From: Nitrososphaeraceae archaeon | GTDB lineage: Archaea; Thermoproteota; Nitrososphaeria; Nitrososphaerales; Nitrososphaeraceae | Assembly (NCBI GenBank): GCA_036380115.1 | Contig: DASVFI010000070.1 | Location: 2,137-66,136 of the forward strand | DNA: 64,000 bases | Direction of reading: 5' to 3' | In this document: positions 9,380 to 18,823 of the stretch, one piece after another | Layout: each line of letters opens with the position of its first letter | Position numbering within the stretch: position 1 is the stretch's first letter | Translations under genes and position numbers: made by a program | Notes under the pieces: model-generated | The model's input: the letters and a program-made list of their open reading frames with translations, nothing else | The model's database searches: none | Told to the model about the DNA's origin: nothing

Positions 9380-10165
9380 TTGAAGAATAATTTAGTCATA
9401 ATTAAACTTGGAGGATCAGTAATTACCTTTAAAGATAAACCATTGTCTGCAAACTATAAAGCAATAGAAGATATTTCTAACATTCTAAAAAGAGTAATAT
9501 CTCCATTAATAATAGTTCATGGAGGAGGTTCATATGGTCATTATTGGTCAGTTAAATTTGATATGCATACAAAGCCAGCAAACTATGATCCCCATGGAAT
9601 TTCAATAGTTCATTCTTCGATGTTAACTCTTAATAAAATAATAGTAGATTCATTAGAAAAAGAAAGATTAAATCCATATGGAATATTGCCTTCTTCATTT
9701 TTAAATAATGGGAAGCCATACAGTAACAAAATAAAGGAATTAAAAACAATGACAGAACATAATATTATTCCTGTTACATATGGCGATATTGTTCATATAA
9801 AAGATAACAAATATTCAATCTTGTCTGGTGATGTATTAATAACAATGTTATCAAAAATTTTACAACCCTCTAAAATCATTTTTGCTCTTAATGTAGATGG
9901 TCTTTATAACAATATAACAGATAAAAAAATTATAAAAGAAATCAATTTTGAATATGAAAAAAAGGAACAAAGAAATATTAACTTTGGAAGAGACTTAACT
10001 ATCAAAGATGTAACGGGTGGAATCAAAAGAAAAGTTGAGGAGGCTACCAAAATAGCTAGAACTGGTAAGGATGTAATTTTTTTAAATGGTTTAGATCCTA
10101 TTCAAATTGAAAAAGCTATAAAAGATAAACGATTTAAGGGTACAATTTTTAAGGGAAAAATATAA
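9380..10165 (+). CDS. Isopentenyl phosphate kinase
   Basis: 261 aa of the amino-acid-kinase fold, with IIKLGGSVIT and VHGGGSYGH motifs. TTG start. It sits between mvk and fni. Confidence 0.85.
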   Translation: MKNNLVIIKLGGSVITFKDKPLSANYKAIEDISNILKRVISPLIIVHGGGSYGHYWSVKFDMHTKPANYDPHGISIVHSSMLTLNKIIVDSLEKERLNPYGILPSSFLNNGKPYSNKIKELKTMTEHNIIPVTYGDIVHIKDNKYSILSGDVLITMLSKILQPSKIIFALNVDGLYNNITDKKIIKEINFEYEKKEQRNINFGRDLTIKDVTGGIKRKVEEATKIARTGKDVIFLNGLDPIQIEKAIKDKRFKGTIFKGKI

Positions 10166-10176
10166 AGATATATCAA

Positions 10177-11262
10177 ATGTCTGAGTCAAAAAATCCAGAA
10201 ATTGACTTGATAATGAGTAGAAAGAAAGATGGTATAGATATTCCTCTTTCAAATAATGTTCAATCTAGATTTATTTCAAATTATTTAGAATATGTTAAAT
10301 TTATTCATAATGCATTACCGGAGATAGATTTTGATGAAATTCAAACGGCTACTGAATTTTTAGACTACAAGTTTGGGGCACCTATTATAATAGATTCTAT
10401 GACCGGGGGAACACCAGAGGCTTTAAAAATTAATGCTCGACTAGGGGCATTAGCTGAAACATTTGGTTTCGGGATGGGACTAGGAAGTCAAAGAGCAGGA
10501 TTAAAAAGCGATTCCCTGGCAGAAACTTATTCCATTGCTAGAAAGAATGCACCTTCAGCTTTTTTGATAGCCAATATTGGAGGAGCACAACTTGCTGAAG
10601 GATTAGATATAAAGATGATTGAAAAAATAATTTCAATGATAGATGCTAATGCTTTGGTCATTCATCTTAATCCATTACAAGAACTGATACAGCCAGAAGG
10701 AGAACCAAAATATAGAGGTGTTTTAGAAAAAATATCAAAAATTACAGAAAGCATAAGCATTCCAATAATAGTTAAAGAAGTCGGGGCAGGTATTTCACGA
10801 GAAGTTGCTTTAATTCTTGAAAAAGCAAAGGTCAATTGTATTAACATAGCAGGTTCGGGAGGGACAAGCTGGGCTGGAATAGAAAAAATTAGAGCTAACA
10901 AAGTAAAAAACGATGTTAAAGAACATCTTGGCGAGTTATTTTGGGATTGGGGGATCCCCACTGCTTTAAGTTTAATAGAAGTTCGTAATTCTGTTGAAAT
11001 ACCATTAATTGCATCTGGAGGAATTCGAAATGGGCTTGAAATAGCAAAATGTATATCATTAGGAGCAAATATGTGCGCAATGGCATATCCATTTCTTAAA
11101 GTTGCTTCAGAATCTAAAGAAAGTCTTTTTAAATTTTCTGAACAAATAATTACTGAATTAAAAGGAACAATGTTTCTAACAGGCTCCTCAAATATTTCAG
11201 ATTTATCTAAATCAAGACTTATATTAACTGGCGAATTAGCAGACATGGTTATTAGAAAATGA
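10177..11262 (+). CDS. fni: Isopentenyl-diphosphate delta-isomerase, type 2 (FMN-dependent)
   Basis: 361 aa with IIDSMTGG, VKEVGAGIS, AGSGGTSWA and ASGGIRNG motifs. Confidence 0.9.
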   Translation: MSESKNPEIDLIMSRKKDGIDIPLSNNVQSRFISNYLEYVKFIHNALPEIDFDEIQTATEFLDYKFGAPIIIDSMTGGTPEALKINARLGALAETFGFGMGLGSQRAGLKSDSLAETYSIARKNAPSAFLIANIGGAQLAEGLDIKMIEKIISMIDANALVIHLNPLQELIQPEGEPKYRGVLEKISKITESISIPIIVKEVGAGISREVALILEKAKVNCINIAGSGGTSWAGIEKIRANKVKNDVKEHLGELFWDWGIPTALSLIEVRNSVEIPLIASGGIRNGLEIAKCISLGANMCAMAYPFLKVASESKESLFKFSEQIITELKGTMFLTGSSNISDLSKSRLILTGELADMVIRK

Positions 11263-12260
11263 GGAAAACCACCAAAATAGAAATTGAGAATTCCATTCAT
11301 AAAATTAATAACTATTTTCTTTCTTTTCTTTCAGGAGAACCGGCAGAATTGTATGAAGCTTCTGCTCATTATATCAGAAGTGGTGGAAAACGTCTCAGAC
11401 CAATAATGGTTATAAAATCTTGTGAAATGTTTGGCGGTAGCCAAGAAGATGCATTACCGGCTGCCTCAGCAGTAGAGTTGATTCATAATTTTTCCCTAGT
11501 TCATGATGATATAATGGATAATGATGATATTAGGCATGGAAAGCCTACTGTACATAAAAATTTTGGGTTACCTCTTGCAATTTTATCAGGAGATATTCTT
11601 TTCTCAAAAGCTTTTCAAATTTTATCTACCAATAACAATAATTCCATTCCAGAAAGTTCTTTGTTAAGCATGATAAGAAAACTTTCAGCAGCATGTATAG
11701 ATATATGTGAAGGTCAATCTAAAGATCTTCAATTCTCGCAGGAATATAATTTTCCGACTGAAAATGAATACATCCAGATGATTGCAAAAAAAACGGCTGC
11801 TTTATTTGAAGTTTCTTGTTCTTTAGGAGCTCTTTCTTCTAAAAATTTTACCGAAAATGACGTAAATAATATGGCTGATTTTGGAAAGAATTCTGGTATT
11901 GCGTTTCAATTAATTGACGATTTAATTGGAATCTCTGGGAACACTAAAGAAACGGGGAAAGCAGTTGGAAATGATATCAGAGAAGGAAAAAAAACATATC
12001 CTATTTTATTATCAATCAATAAAGCTTCAGAAATGGAAAGATCTCAGATTTTGAAAGTTTTTGGTAAAGCTGAATGTGAAAACATGAGTTTAAAAAAAGC
12101 TATAGATATAATATCATCTCTCCAAATTGAAGATATTGTAAGAAAAAATGCAATGGATTACATAAACAAAGCTATGGAGGCAATAAATCATTACGAAGAT
12201 TCTGAGCCAAAAAATATGCTTAAAGAAATATCGCAATTCATAGTTGAAAGGAGTAAATAA
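11259..12260 (+). CDS. idsA: Geranylgeranyl diphosphate synthase (trans-polyprenyl synthase)
   Basis: 333 aa with two Asp-rich motifs (VHDDIMDNDD and QLIDDLIG). The ATG overlaps the fni stop (ATGA). Confidence 0.85.
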   Translation: MRKTTKIEIENSIHKINNYFLSFLSGEPAELYEASAHYIRSGGKRLRPIMVIKSCEMFGGSQEDALPAASAVELIHNFSLVHDDIMDNDDIRHGKPTVHKNFGLPLAILSGDILFSKAFQILSTNNNNSIPESSLLSMIRKLSAACIDICEGQSKDLQFSQEYNFPTENEYIQMIAKKTAALFEVSCSLGALSSKNFTENDVNNMADFGKNSGIAFQLIDDLIGISGNTKETGKAVGNDIREGKKTYPILLSINKASEMERSQILKVFGKAECENMSLKKAIDIISSLQIEDIVRKNAMDYINKAMEAINHYEDSEPKNMLKEISQFIVERSK

Positions 12261-12262
12261 TA

Positions 12263-13990
12263 TTGGATATTGATGAAGAAATAATAAAATTAGCAGAGGT
12301 CGTTATATTAAGAAATGCATTAGATTATAATGGGAAGGCCAGGCTTGATTCAGTTATTTCTAAAGTATTAGGTTCTAAACCAGAGATAAAAACGCAAATC
12401 AAGATTATTATGCCTAAGGTTAAAGAAATACTTGAACATATCAATTCATTATCCATTCAAGAACAGAGAAACTTATTAATTATTAAATTTCCTCAAAGTT
12501 TAGAACCAAAAAAGGCAATTGAAAAAAGTGAATCGCAATTACCTCCACTAATTAATGCAGAATTAGGAAAAGTAATAACGAGATTTCCGCCTGAACCGAA
12601 TGGATATCCTCATATAGGTCATGCAAAGGCAGCTGTAATTGATGAAGAATATGCAAAAATGTATTCTGGAAAACTAATATTAAGATTTGATGATACAAAT
12701 CCTTTAAACGAGAAAATAGAATTTTACGAAGCAATTATGGAAGGAATATCATGGTTAAATATAATTCCTGACTTGATCAAAAATACTTCAGATGATATTT
12801 ATTTGTTACATAGTTATGGTAAAAAATTAATTGATAAGAATGGAGCATATATTTGCACTTGTGACCAAACTACCATTCATGATCTAAGATCAAAAGGACT
12901 TTCCTGTCAATGCAGAAAAGACTCTGAAAACATTTTAGAAAATTCAGATAAAATTTTTAATGGACATTACCATCACAATGAAGCTATAATCAGATTCAAA
13001 GGAAATATGAATAGTAATAATACAGCAATGAGAGATCCAACACTCTTTAGAATAATTGAATCTAGCCATCCAAAGATAGGCGAAAAGGTAATTCTTTGGC
13101 CTACATACGACTTTGCTGCACCAATTGAGGATAGCATAGATGGAGTTACTCATGCATTCAGAACAAAAGAATATGAATTACGAAATGAATTGTATCGTCA
13201 GATTTTAAATATTTTGGATCTAAGAGTTCCTGAAGTGATAGAATTTTCAAGGTTAGAATTTGAAGGATTACCTGTTTCAAAGCGAAAGTTAAAACCTCTT
13301 GTAGAAGAAAAAATAGTTGAAGGATGGTCCGATCCGAGACTTCCTACTTTGATGGGCTTAAAAAGAAGGGGTTTTACACCAGAAGCAATAAGACGCTTTG
13401 TATTATCTCTTGGTATTACTCTTTCAGAAACTAAACCATCTATAGAAATATTGGAATCTTTTAATCGAAAGATTATAGATTCTCAATCAAAAAGATTATT
13501 GTTTGTTAATGTTCCTTTTAAAATAACTATTAAAAATGCAGAACCAAAAGAAGCAATTTTTAAAAATCATCCGTCTTTAGAAATGGGATATAGAAAAATT
13601 AACGTAAAGAATATAGTATTCATTTCCAACCTCGATGGTCAAAAATTAAATATCGGTATGGAAATTAGGTTAATCGACTTATACAATATTAAAATATCTT
13701 GGATTGACAAAGATAAAAAGGAAGGAATTGCAGAATACACTGATGACATAATAAAAGAAAATATTCAAAAAATCCAATGGGTATCAGAGGAAGATTCAAT
13801 AAATTATCAGATCTTAAAACCAAACAAATTATTTATTGGAGATAAATTTAATTCCAATAGTCTAGAGATATTAAACGGATTTGCAGAATCTTTTGTTACT
13901 ACTTTACCTGCTAATACAATGATTCAATTTATAAGACTTGGATTTTGTAGAATAGAAGATAACAAATCAGCTATATTTACTCATAAATAG
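12263..13990 (+). CDS. gltX: Glutamyl-tRNA synthetase (archaeal type)
   Basis: 575 aa. The class I HIGH motif is PEPNGYPHIGHAKA, and the KMSKS-like region is PVSKRKL. TTG start, preceded by AGGAG about 10 nt upstream. Confidence 0.9.
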   Translation: MDIDEEIIKLAEVVILRNALDYNGKARLDSVISKVLGSKPEIKTQIKIIMPKVKEILEHINSLSIQEQRNLLIIKFPQSLEPKKAIEKSESQLPPLINAELGKVITRFPPEPNGYPHIGHAKAAVIDEEYAKMYSGKLILRFDDTNPLNEKIEFYEAIMEGISWLNIIPDLIKNTSDDIYLLHSYGKKLIDKNGAYICTCDQTTIHDLRSKGLSCQCRKDSENILENSDKIFNGHYHHNEAIIRFKGNMNSNNTAMRDPTLFRIIESSHPKIGEKVILWPTYDFAAPIEDSIDGVTHAFRTKEYELRNELYRQILNILDLRVPEVIEFSRLEFEGLPVSKRKLKPLVEEKIVEGWSDPRLPTLMGLKRRGFTPEAIRRFVLSLGITLSETKPSIEILESFNRKIIDSQSKRLLFVNVPFKITIKNAEPKEAIFKNHPSLEMGYRKINVKNIVFISNLDGQKLNIGMEIRLIDLYNIKISWIDKDKKEGIAEYTDDIIKENIQKIQWVSEEDSINYQILKPNKLFIGDKFNSNSLEILNGFAESFVTTLPANTMIQFIRLGFCRIEDNKSAIFTHK

Positions 13991-13998
13991 GTGGAAGA

Positions 13999-14883
13999 AT
14001 GAAAATAGCAAGAGTAAGAACAAAAGAATATGGTGAAACTTATGGTATAGTTTCTAATGACTTCAATAAAATAATAACAAAGAATGAAATTCAAGAACAA
14101 ACTGGCATACCTCTACCTCTTAACATAAAGGAATTTTTATTTAATAATTGGTTAGATGAAGTTATAAAAAATAATACAAAATTAATTTTTAATAAGAATC
14201 TTGATGATATAGAGTTACTTACTCCTCTTTCAAATCCAAGTAAAATAATCTGCTTAGCTTTTAATTATTATGATCATGCCAAAGATGCTGGTCTCACCCC
14301 CTCTTATGAACCTGTAATATTTTTAAAACCGCGAACAGCCTTAAATAATCCATATAATGACATTTTATGTCCTGGAAATGTTCAACGGCTAGACTATGAA
14401 GCAGAAATAGCAGTAATAATTGGTAAAACAACAAAAAAGGTTTCAGAAGATGAAGCAATAAATTCAATCTTTGGTTATATGATATTTCATGATGTATCAG
14501 CTCGAGATATCCAATTTCAAGATAAACAATTTACAAGAGGAAAAAGTATTGATACCTTTGCGCCATGTGGTCCTTGGATAACCACTAAAGATGAAATAAA
14601 GGACCCGCAAAATTTAAAAATAATAACAAAGGTTAATGGCGAAGTACGACAGAATTCAACAAGTAGTAAAATGGTAATACCTATTAAAAAAATAATCTCA
14701 AGTTTGAGTCAGTTAATGACTATTGAACCTGGTGATATAATTTCAACAGGTACTCCTGCGGGGGTAGCAATGTCAATGAACAATCCAAAGTATTTGAAAG
14801 ATGGTGATTTAGTAGAAATAAGTATAGAAAACCTTGGCACTATAAGAAACAAAGTTATTTTCATAGAAAAGGTAAAGTTATAG
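13999..14883 (+). CDS. Fumarylacetoacetate hydrolase family protein
   Basis: 294 aa. The C-terminal FAH domain carries LDYEAEIAVIIGK, FHDVSARD, KSIDTFAPCGPW and GDIISTGTPAGV. Confidence 0.85.
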   Translation: MKIARVRTKEYGETYGIVSNDFNKIITKNEIQEQTGIPLPLNIKEFLFNNWLDEVIKNNTKLIFNKNLDDIELLTPLSNPSKIICLAFNYYDHAKDAGLTPSYEPVIFLKPRTALNNPYNDILCPGNVQRLDYEAEIAVIIGKTTKKVSEDEAINSIFGYMIFHDVSARDIQFQDKQFTRGKSIDTFAPCGPWITTKDEIKDPQNLKIITKVNGEVRQNSTSSKMVIPIKKIISSLSQLMTIEPGDIISTGTPAGVAMSMNNPKYLKDGDLVEISIENLGTIRNKVIFIEKVKL

Positions 14884-14893
14884 ATCACCATTA

Positions 14894-15208
14894 TTATGGT
14901 TTTTTTCTATCTATAATTCTATTGAGTTTCATTATTTCTTCTTCTAAATTCTTAGAGTATTGTTCAAAAGATTTTACTAAATTTCCACGTATATTAGATA
15001 ACTGGATTGCGATATTTAAGATATCTAAACTAGATTCAACGGATCTTTCTGTTGCAAATACTTTCATTTTTTCGTTAAATATTTCCATTATTCTTTTTTG
15101 TTCTAATTTTTGTTCATTAATAGAATTCACTAAATCTTCATTACCAGGATTGTTAAAATTTCTAATATTTGACCAATTAATCATATTTTTATTAATAATA
15201 TATAACAA
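14894..15208 (-). CDS. Hypothetical coiled-coil protein
   Basis: 104 aa. Its N/E/K-rich composition resembles real genes here, whereas the overlapping plus-strand ORF is F/L/S/I-rich, which is antisense-like. Confidence 0.45.
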   Translation of the reverse strand: MLYIINKNMINWSNIRNFNNPGNEDLVNSINEQKLEQKRIMEIFNEKMKVFATERSVESSLDILNIAIQLSNIRGNLVKSFEQYSKNLEEEIMKLNRIIDRKKP

Positions 15209-15293
15209 AAAGATAAAACTTTCGTCATCTTTAATTATATTTAATTTATAATAACATATATAAGGACTAAATAGAGATTATTCGATATTACCT

Positions 15294-16136
15294 ATGGTTG
15301 TGGAGAATAAAGGTACACTTACTTATATTAGAGTCTTAAAGGAAGACCTTGAAATTTTACGTATAAAACCACAAGATGGCCCACTACCAGATTTCAAAGC
15401 TGGCCAATTTGTTACATTAGCTGTTAATAATCCTGCGGATGGAAAAGTAGTTAGGAGAGCTTATTCAATAGCATCACCACCAGAACAAAAAAAACATTTT
15501 GAATTATTAATTAGATGGGTTAAGAAACCATTGCCAGGAAGATTAACAACACAAATATTTAATCGTAAAGAAGGGGAAGAGGTTGGCTGGTTAAAGCCTA
15601 CTGGCATATTTACAATAAATGAAAAAATGCATGATGGAAGTCCAGATAATAGAAGGCTTGTTTTAATGGGTGGGGGAACAGGTCTTGCTCCTTTTATTTC
15701 CTATAGTTTGCATCTTAAAGCCATTGGCAGTAAAAGAGAGATAGTTGTTCTTCATGGTGCTAGTTATGTTGATGAACTAAGTTATAGAGAATTATTGACA
15801 GATTTAGAAGAAGAAAGTTTAGATAAAGGAAAGGACACTTGGAATTTTAGATATAGAGCAAGTATAAGCAGACCACAAGAACAGTTCAATCGCTCCTGGG
15901 GAGGACAAAAAGGTAGAGTTGAATCATTTTTAAGGAATGAACCAGGTAGTAATAAATCCCCTTTAGAAGAACTAGTAGGGGAACAGATAACTCCTGAAAA
16001 TACCTCATTTTATGTTTGTGGATGGCAAGGTACGGTCGATGGTGTTCTAGATTTCTTAAAACCTAAAGGATTTGTTGATGAAAGACATAAAAGACCAGAT
16101 GGTAGTTATGAGATCAAATTTGAATCGTACGGCTAA
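15294..16136 (+). CDS. Ferredoxin-NADP reductase-like oxidoreductase (FAD/NAD(P)-binding)
   Basis: 280 aa with the RAYSIAS FAD motif and MGGGTGLAPF NAD(P) motif of the FNR family. Confidence 0.8.
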   Translation: MVVENKGTLTYIRVLKEDLEILRIKPQDGPLPDFKAGQFVTLAVNNPADGKVVRRAYSIASPPEQKKHFELLIRWVKKPLPGRLTTQIFNRKEGEEVGWLKPTGIFTINEKMHDGSPDNRRLVLMGGGTGLAPFISYSLHLKAIGSKREIVVLHGASYVDELSYRELLTDLEEESLDKGKDTWNFRYRASISRPQEQFNRSWGGQKGRVESFLRNEPGSNKSPLEELVGEQITPENTSFYVCGWQGTVDGVLDFLKPKGFVDERHKRPDGSYEIKFESYG

Positions 16137-16159
16137 ATTATTTTTTTTATATATCAAAA

Positions 16160-16498
16160 ATGAAATTCGAATTTGAAGAATTTTCTTCTATAGAAGACTT
16201 ATTTCTTTACATGGCATCTATTGCTCCATATATGAAACAAGTATTACCGATAACATATTACAAAGGATATCTTTTATCAATTATTCCTATTTCACAACTC
16301 AGCACAGAGATATTAATGATGGTTTATGTCAAAACAGAAATGTCGACTGGTTTAATTGAATTTGACATTTCAACAAGAAAATATAAAAGCGTGCAATCTA
16401 TTGAACGGGCAGATAAAAATTATTTTATAATAATCAAGCCAAAATCAACTACGCTGGCAGATAAAGCAATTGCAGATTTGATGGATAACCAAAAATAA
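16160..16498 (+). CDS. Hypothetical protein
   Basis: 112-aa ORF, 23 nt after the FNR-like gene. No motif recognised. Confidence 0.5.
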   Translation: MKFEFEEFSSIEDLFLYMASIAPYMKQVLPITYYKGYLLSIIPISQLSTEILMMVYVKTEMSTGLIEFDISTRKYKSVQSIERADKNYFIIIKPKSTTLADKAIADLMDNQK

Positions 16499-16522
16499 AA
16501 GAGATAGACACTTTTCTTAATT

Positions 16523-18100
16523 TTATAATTTAGAAGGTAGAGGAGTTGTAACCGATCTTTGTCTAGAATAGTGTTCTACGATATCTTCAGGTAATTTACC
16601 ATCGAAAAGATCTTTTGAAAGCCCTCTGAGATATTTCATTATTGCCCATGTGCCCACCTTAATCAAACTTGCCATAAATAATTTCATAGGAGGTCCATAG
16701 CTTTTATTTCTAATTATAATTGGTATAATGTCATTAATAACGCGTAAATTATGTTCCCAACATTTCCAAAATAATGTGAATTGAGCTTCATTAAGATTAC
16801 CAAAATGCATTGAATTCTTTTCAGAAAAATCTTGGTAGAGTAAAGGAGCAACCAATCCTCTCATTCTCATAATTTTAAAATCTTCTATTAAATCTATAGT
16901 ATATTGAGTCTCATCTGGAGTTTCATCTGGCCATCCAATTATAAGAGTCAAGGCTGGAAACCAATGATTATTATTCAAAATTTTACAACCTTCACGAACA
17001 ACTGAACCCCATTCTTCAGGTTGAAATGGTTTGGTCTTGACACCTAAATGTTTTTTTACCATCCTTGGAGCAACAGTCTCTATTCCTAGATTAGTTGCTA
17101 ACCACCTTCCACTATTTTCCATATCATTTATTTGTGAAAGTTTTTTGATTAGATCAGGTGATGAAGCAACAGCAGAAAGAGTCATATGGGTTGTCCCGAC
17201 AAAATTTGCTCCTACTGCCTTTAAACCGCTCCATAAATCTACAATTGCATCTGCATTTGGAACGAAATCTTTGTTATCACAACCATATAATAGCATTTCA
17301 TCAGATTGAAGCCATATGGAATCAAATCCATAATTAAGATTAATCTTAGCCTCTTCTTGAAGTCTAGAAAGAGGGATATCTTTTTTTGACCTTTTATTTA
17401 CATCACAAAAGTCACAACCACGTCCACATCCTCTCATAGCTTCAATTAATGAATTAATAGTGGGTCCTTGTATCTTCGGAATATTATCGATATTTCGTAC
17501 AAATGTATGTAAGAGCTCAGGTGCATCACCTTGTTCTAAATCATGAAATAAATCCAAAGCTAATTCATCTGCTTCTCCTATCACAACAGTATCAATTCCA
17601 TGAATTTTCATCCTATCTGGTTTTGCTAGTTCCCAGGCGCCATTTCCTCCTACCACAACTTTAAAATTGTATTTTTTCTTTAATTGTATAATTGAAGCAC
17701 ACATTTTTTTAAATTTCATTGCTACATAGGATAATTTTTCGGGTGACATTGTTGTTGTAACTGGTGCCATACCTAAAGGATCCATTACATTAATTCCAAC
17801 TACCTTTGTTTCTGGTCCTATACACTTCTTTAACATTTCTGGATGTGCTAAAAAAATCTCTTCTCTATTGTACTCCTTAAGTAAAGCGCCTTCTATTCTC
17901 CTTAATCCACATTGAGCTACTTTAATTTCTCCAGATTCTTTATCAGTTTCTACACTTGGACAAAAAAGTTTATCAAAAACAAATTCTGGAACAAGTTCAT
18001 AGGGTCCACAAGCTATAAAACCATAAAGAAAATTCCCTCGATAATTAGTCATTAAACTCCTGTCTGCAGTTAAAACTATTCTCTTACCAGAAGTGATCAT
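16523..18100 (-). CDS. Radical SAM protein with N-terminal cobalamin-binding-domain-like region
   Basis: 525 aa. CGRGCDFC is a Cx3Cx2C radical-SAM cluster motif. It is preceded by a Rossmann-like region (VVGINVMDPLG..., KVVVGGNGA). Confidence 0.8.
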   Translation of the reverse strand: MITSGKRIVLTADRSLMTNYRGNFLYGFIACGPYELVPEFVFDKLFCPSVETDKESGEIKVAQCGLRRIEGALLKEYNREEIFLAHPEMLKKCIGPETKVVGINVMDPLGMAPVTTTMSPEKLSYVAMKFKKMCASIIQLKKKYNFKVVVGGNGAWELAKPDRMKIHGIDTVVIGEADELALDLFHDLEQGDAPELLHTFVRNIDNIPKIQGPTINSLIEAMRGCGRGCDFCDVNKRSKKDIPLSRLQEEAKINLNYGFDSIWLQSDEMLLYGCDNKDFVPNADAIVDLWSGLKAVGANFVGTTHMTLSAVASSPDLIKKLSQINDMENSGRWLATNLGIETVAPRMVKKHLGVKTKPFQPEEWGSVVREGCKILNNNHWFPALTLIIGWPDETPDETQYTIDLIEDFKIMRMRGLVAPLLYQDFSEKNSMHFGNLNEAQFTLFWKCWEHNLRVINDIIPIIIRNKSYGPPMKLFMASLIKVGTWAIMKYLRGLSKDLFDGKLPEDIVEHYSRQRSVTTPLPSKL

Positions 18101-18196
18101 TGTAATAAGCCTCTAATCTCATCCTCATAGAATCACATATAAATTGATTATCATAAGCTTACTATTATCGAGTGTCGTAATACTCAATTTAATTAG

Positions 18197-18622
18197 TCAA
18201 TATAATCCCTTTTCATGTCCTTCTATCATTATTGATTTCAATTGCTTTCTATTCAGATAGGTTAAAGCTTCTGAAAATGTTGCCCAGATAAAATCATCGT
18301 GTTCATTAGAAATGGTGATATCTCTTACAGTGGTAGTGGCATAATAGAAACTAACTTCTTTTCTGGATTTGATGCCTTCGCCTTTAAAAAAGGAATATTT
18401 TATTCTGCCAATAAAAGATAATATATTTAAAGAATGTATTCCTGTTTCTTCGTATACTTCCCTGAATAGAGTTTGAATTTCAGTTTCTCCTTCTTCCTTA
18501 TGGCCTTGGGGAAATCCCCAATATCCTCTACGATTTCTTAGTAATAGAAATTCAGGGTCTTTTATTTTACTAGGCGATGATTGATATTTTATGACTGCAC
18601 CAACTGATTTTTCTATATTCAC
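18197..18622 (-). CDS. NUDIX hydrolase
   Basis: 141 aa with the Nudix box GFPQGHKEEGETEIQTLFREVYEETG. Confidence 0.85.
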   Translation of the reverse strand: MNIEKSVGAVIKYQSSPSKIKDPEFLLLRNRRGYWGFPQGHKEEGETEIQTLFREVYEETGIHSLNILSFIGRIKYSFFKGEGIKSRKEVSFYYATTTVRDITISNEHDDFIWATFSEALTYLNRKQLKSIMIEGHEKGLY

Positions 18623-18707
18623 ACTACATTAATTTTTTAGAAAATAGAATTATAATATTGTTTCTTAAAAATATTAATAACGAGTTAAGTTTTATTTTTA
18701 ATGATGG

Positions 18708-18781
18708 GGGCCGGTCGTCTAGTCCGGTAGGATACGGCATTGGCATTGCTGAGATCGTGGGTTCGAATCCCACCCGGTCCA
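18708..18781 (+). tRNA. tRNA-Ala (anticodon GGC)
   Basis: Hand fold. Acceptor GGGCCGG/CCGGTCC with the G3:U70 Ala identity pair. Anticodon stem CGGCA/TGCTG with loop TTGGCAT. T-arm GTGGG-TTCGAAT-CCCAC, discriminator A, no encoded CCA. Confidence 0.9.
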
Positions 18782-18823
18782 TAATTAATATATAATAAAA
18801 TTATTAAAGTAATTAAAAATAAG

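Noticed and set aside
10662-11300. 212-aa minus-strand ORF inside fni (type 2 IPP isomerase).
   Set aside because: It is fully antisense to a gene with multiple unmistakable motifs. Its S/F/L/I/P-rich composition is the mirror image of K/E/N-rich sense codons. I treat it as a shadow ORF.
14922-15251. 109-aa plus-strand ORF overlapping the 104-aa minus-strand ORF.
   Set aside because: Its F/L/S/I-rich antisense-type composition contrasts with the minus-strand frame, which has the N/E/K-rich composition of real genes here. Only one of the two can reasonably be coding.
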